Origin: Ginkgo biloba
Lineage: Eukaryota > Plantae > Ginkgophyta
DNA length: 38,314 nucleotides
Direction: 5' to 3'
Assembly: GCA_024626585.2 (NCBI GenBank)
Contig: JANKJI020000004.1
Location: forward strand, 178,654,988 to 178,693,301
Shown: positions 37,921 to 38,314 of the stretch, piece after piece
Numbering within the stretch: position 1 is the stretch's first letter
How the letters are laid out: each line of letters begins with the position of its first letter
Notes under the pieces: model-generated
What the model was told of the DNA's origin: nothing
Database searches by the model: none
Seen by the model: only the letters and a program-made list of their open reading frames with translations
Position numbers and translations under genes: made by a program

Positions 37921-38314
37921 AAGGAAACTACTTTTTTAACAAAAACATTAGGAGACAAGCAATTCAACACCATATGGTTCCTTTGATAGGTCCATAGACC
38001 CCTAAGTAGCACTTATTTTCTCATATTAGGAGACTCAAAAGTGAAATAATAAAACCCCTTAGTTAGATAAAAAATGGAAATAATAATTGTGCACTTCCCA
38101 AACTTCTTTGATCCATAACCTCATGACCAAATCGGGAGGTTGACTACCTAGGAAATAACCATTTATAATTCTAGCAGAAATATTATTTAAGATAATATTT
38201 AAAGGATTTATATTAATAAGTACATTAGGAACATTGATGACCCCAAACGTTTATCCCAAAGGTATTGCCAATGATTTTTTAAACCTTTTAGAACTCAAAC
38301 TTATCTTGTGGAAT

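Overview
AT-rich, CpG-depleted, heavily gapped plant nuclear scaffold. It is not prokaryotic; the long introns and retroelement types suggest a large-genome plant, possibly a gymnosperm, but that is inference. The only apparently intact host coding sequence is the last exon of a JMJ22-like (At5g06550-type F-box/JmjC) gene at 826-1066 (+). Two host-gene relics are largely missed by the ORF track. One is an intron-less, disabled clade-A PP2C fragment (~2399-2731, -). The other is a pair of spliced LRR exons of an LRR-VIII-1 (HPCA1-like) receptor kinase (20994-21261, +), the first of which carries an 11-bp frameshift. The rest is mostly decayed transposons: LINE ORF1 and RT, Tat/Ogre-type and other Ty3/gypsy pol pieces, retroelement extra ORFs, a Ty1/copia remnant and a Mutator-like MITE. 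It also holds a 193-bp LTR with a PPT on one side and a PBS on the other. I found no rRNA, tRNA or CRISPR, and no convincing evidence for a wholly new biological system. Family assignments come from recalled motifs, not database searches, and adjacency across the many N gaps is uncertain.
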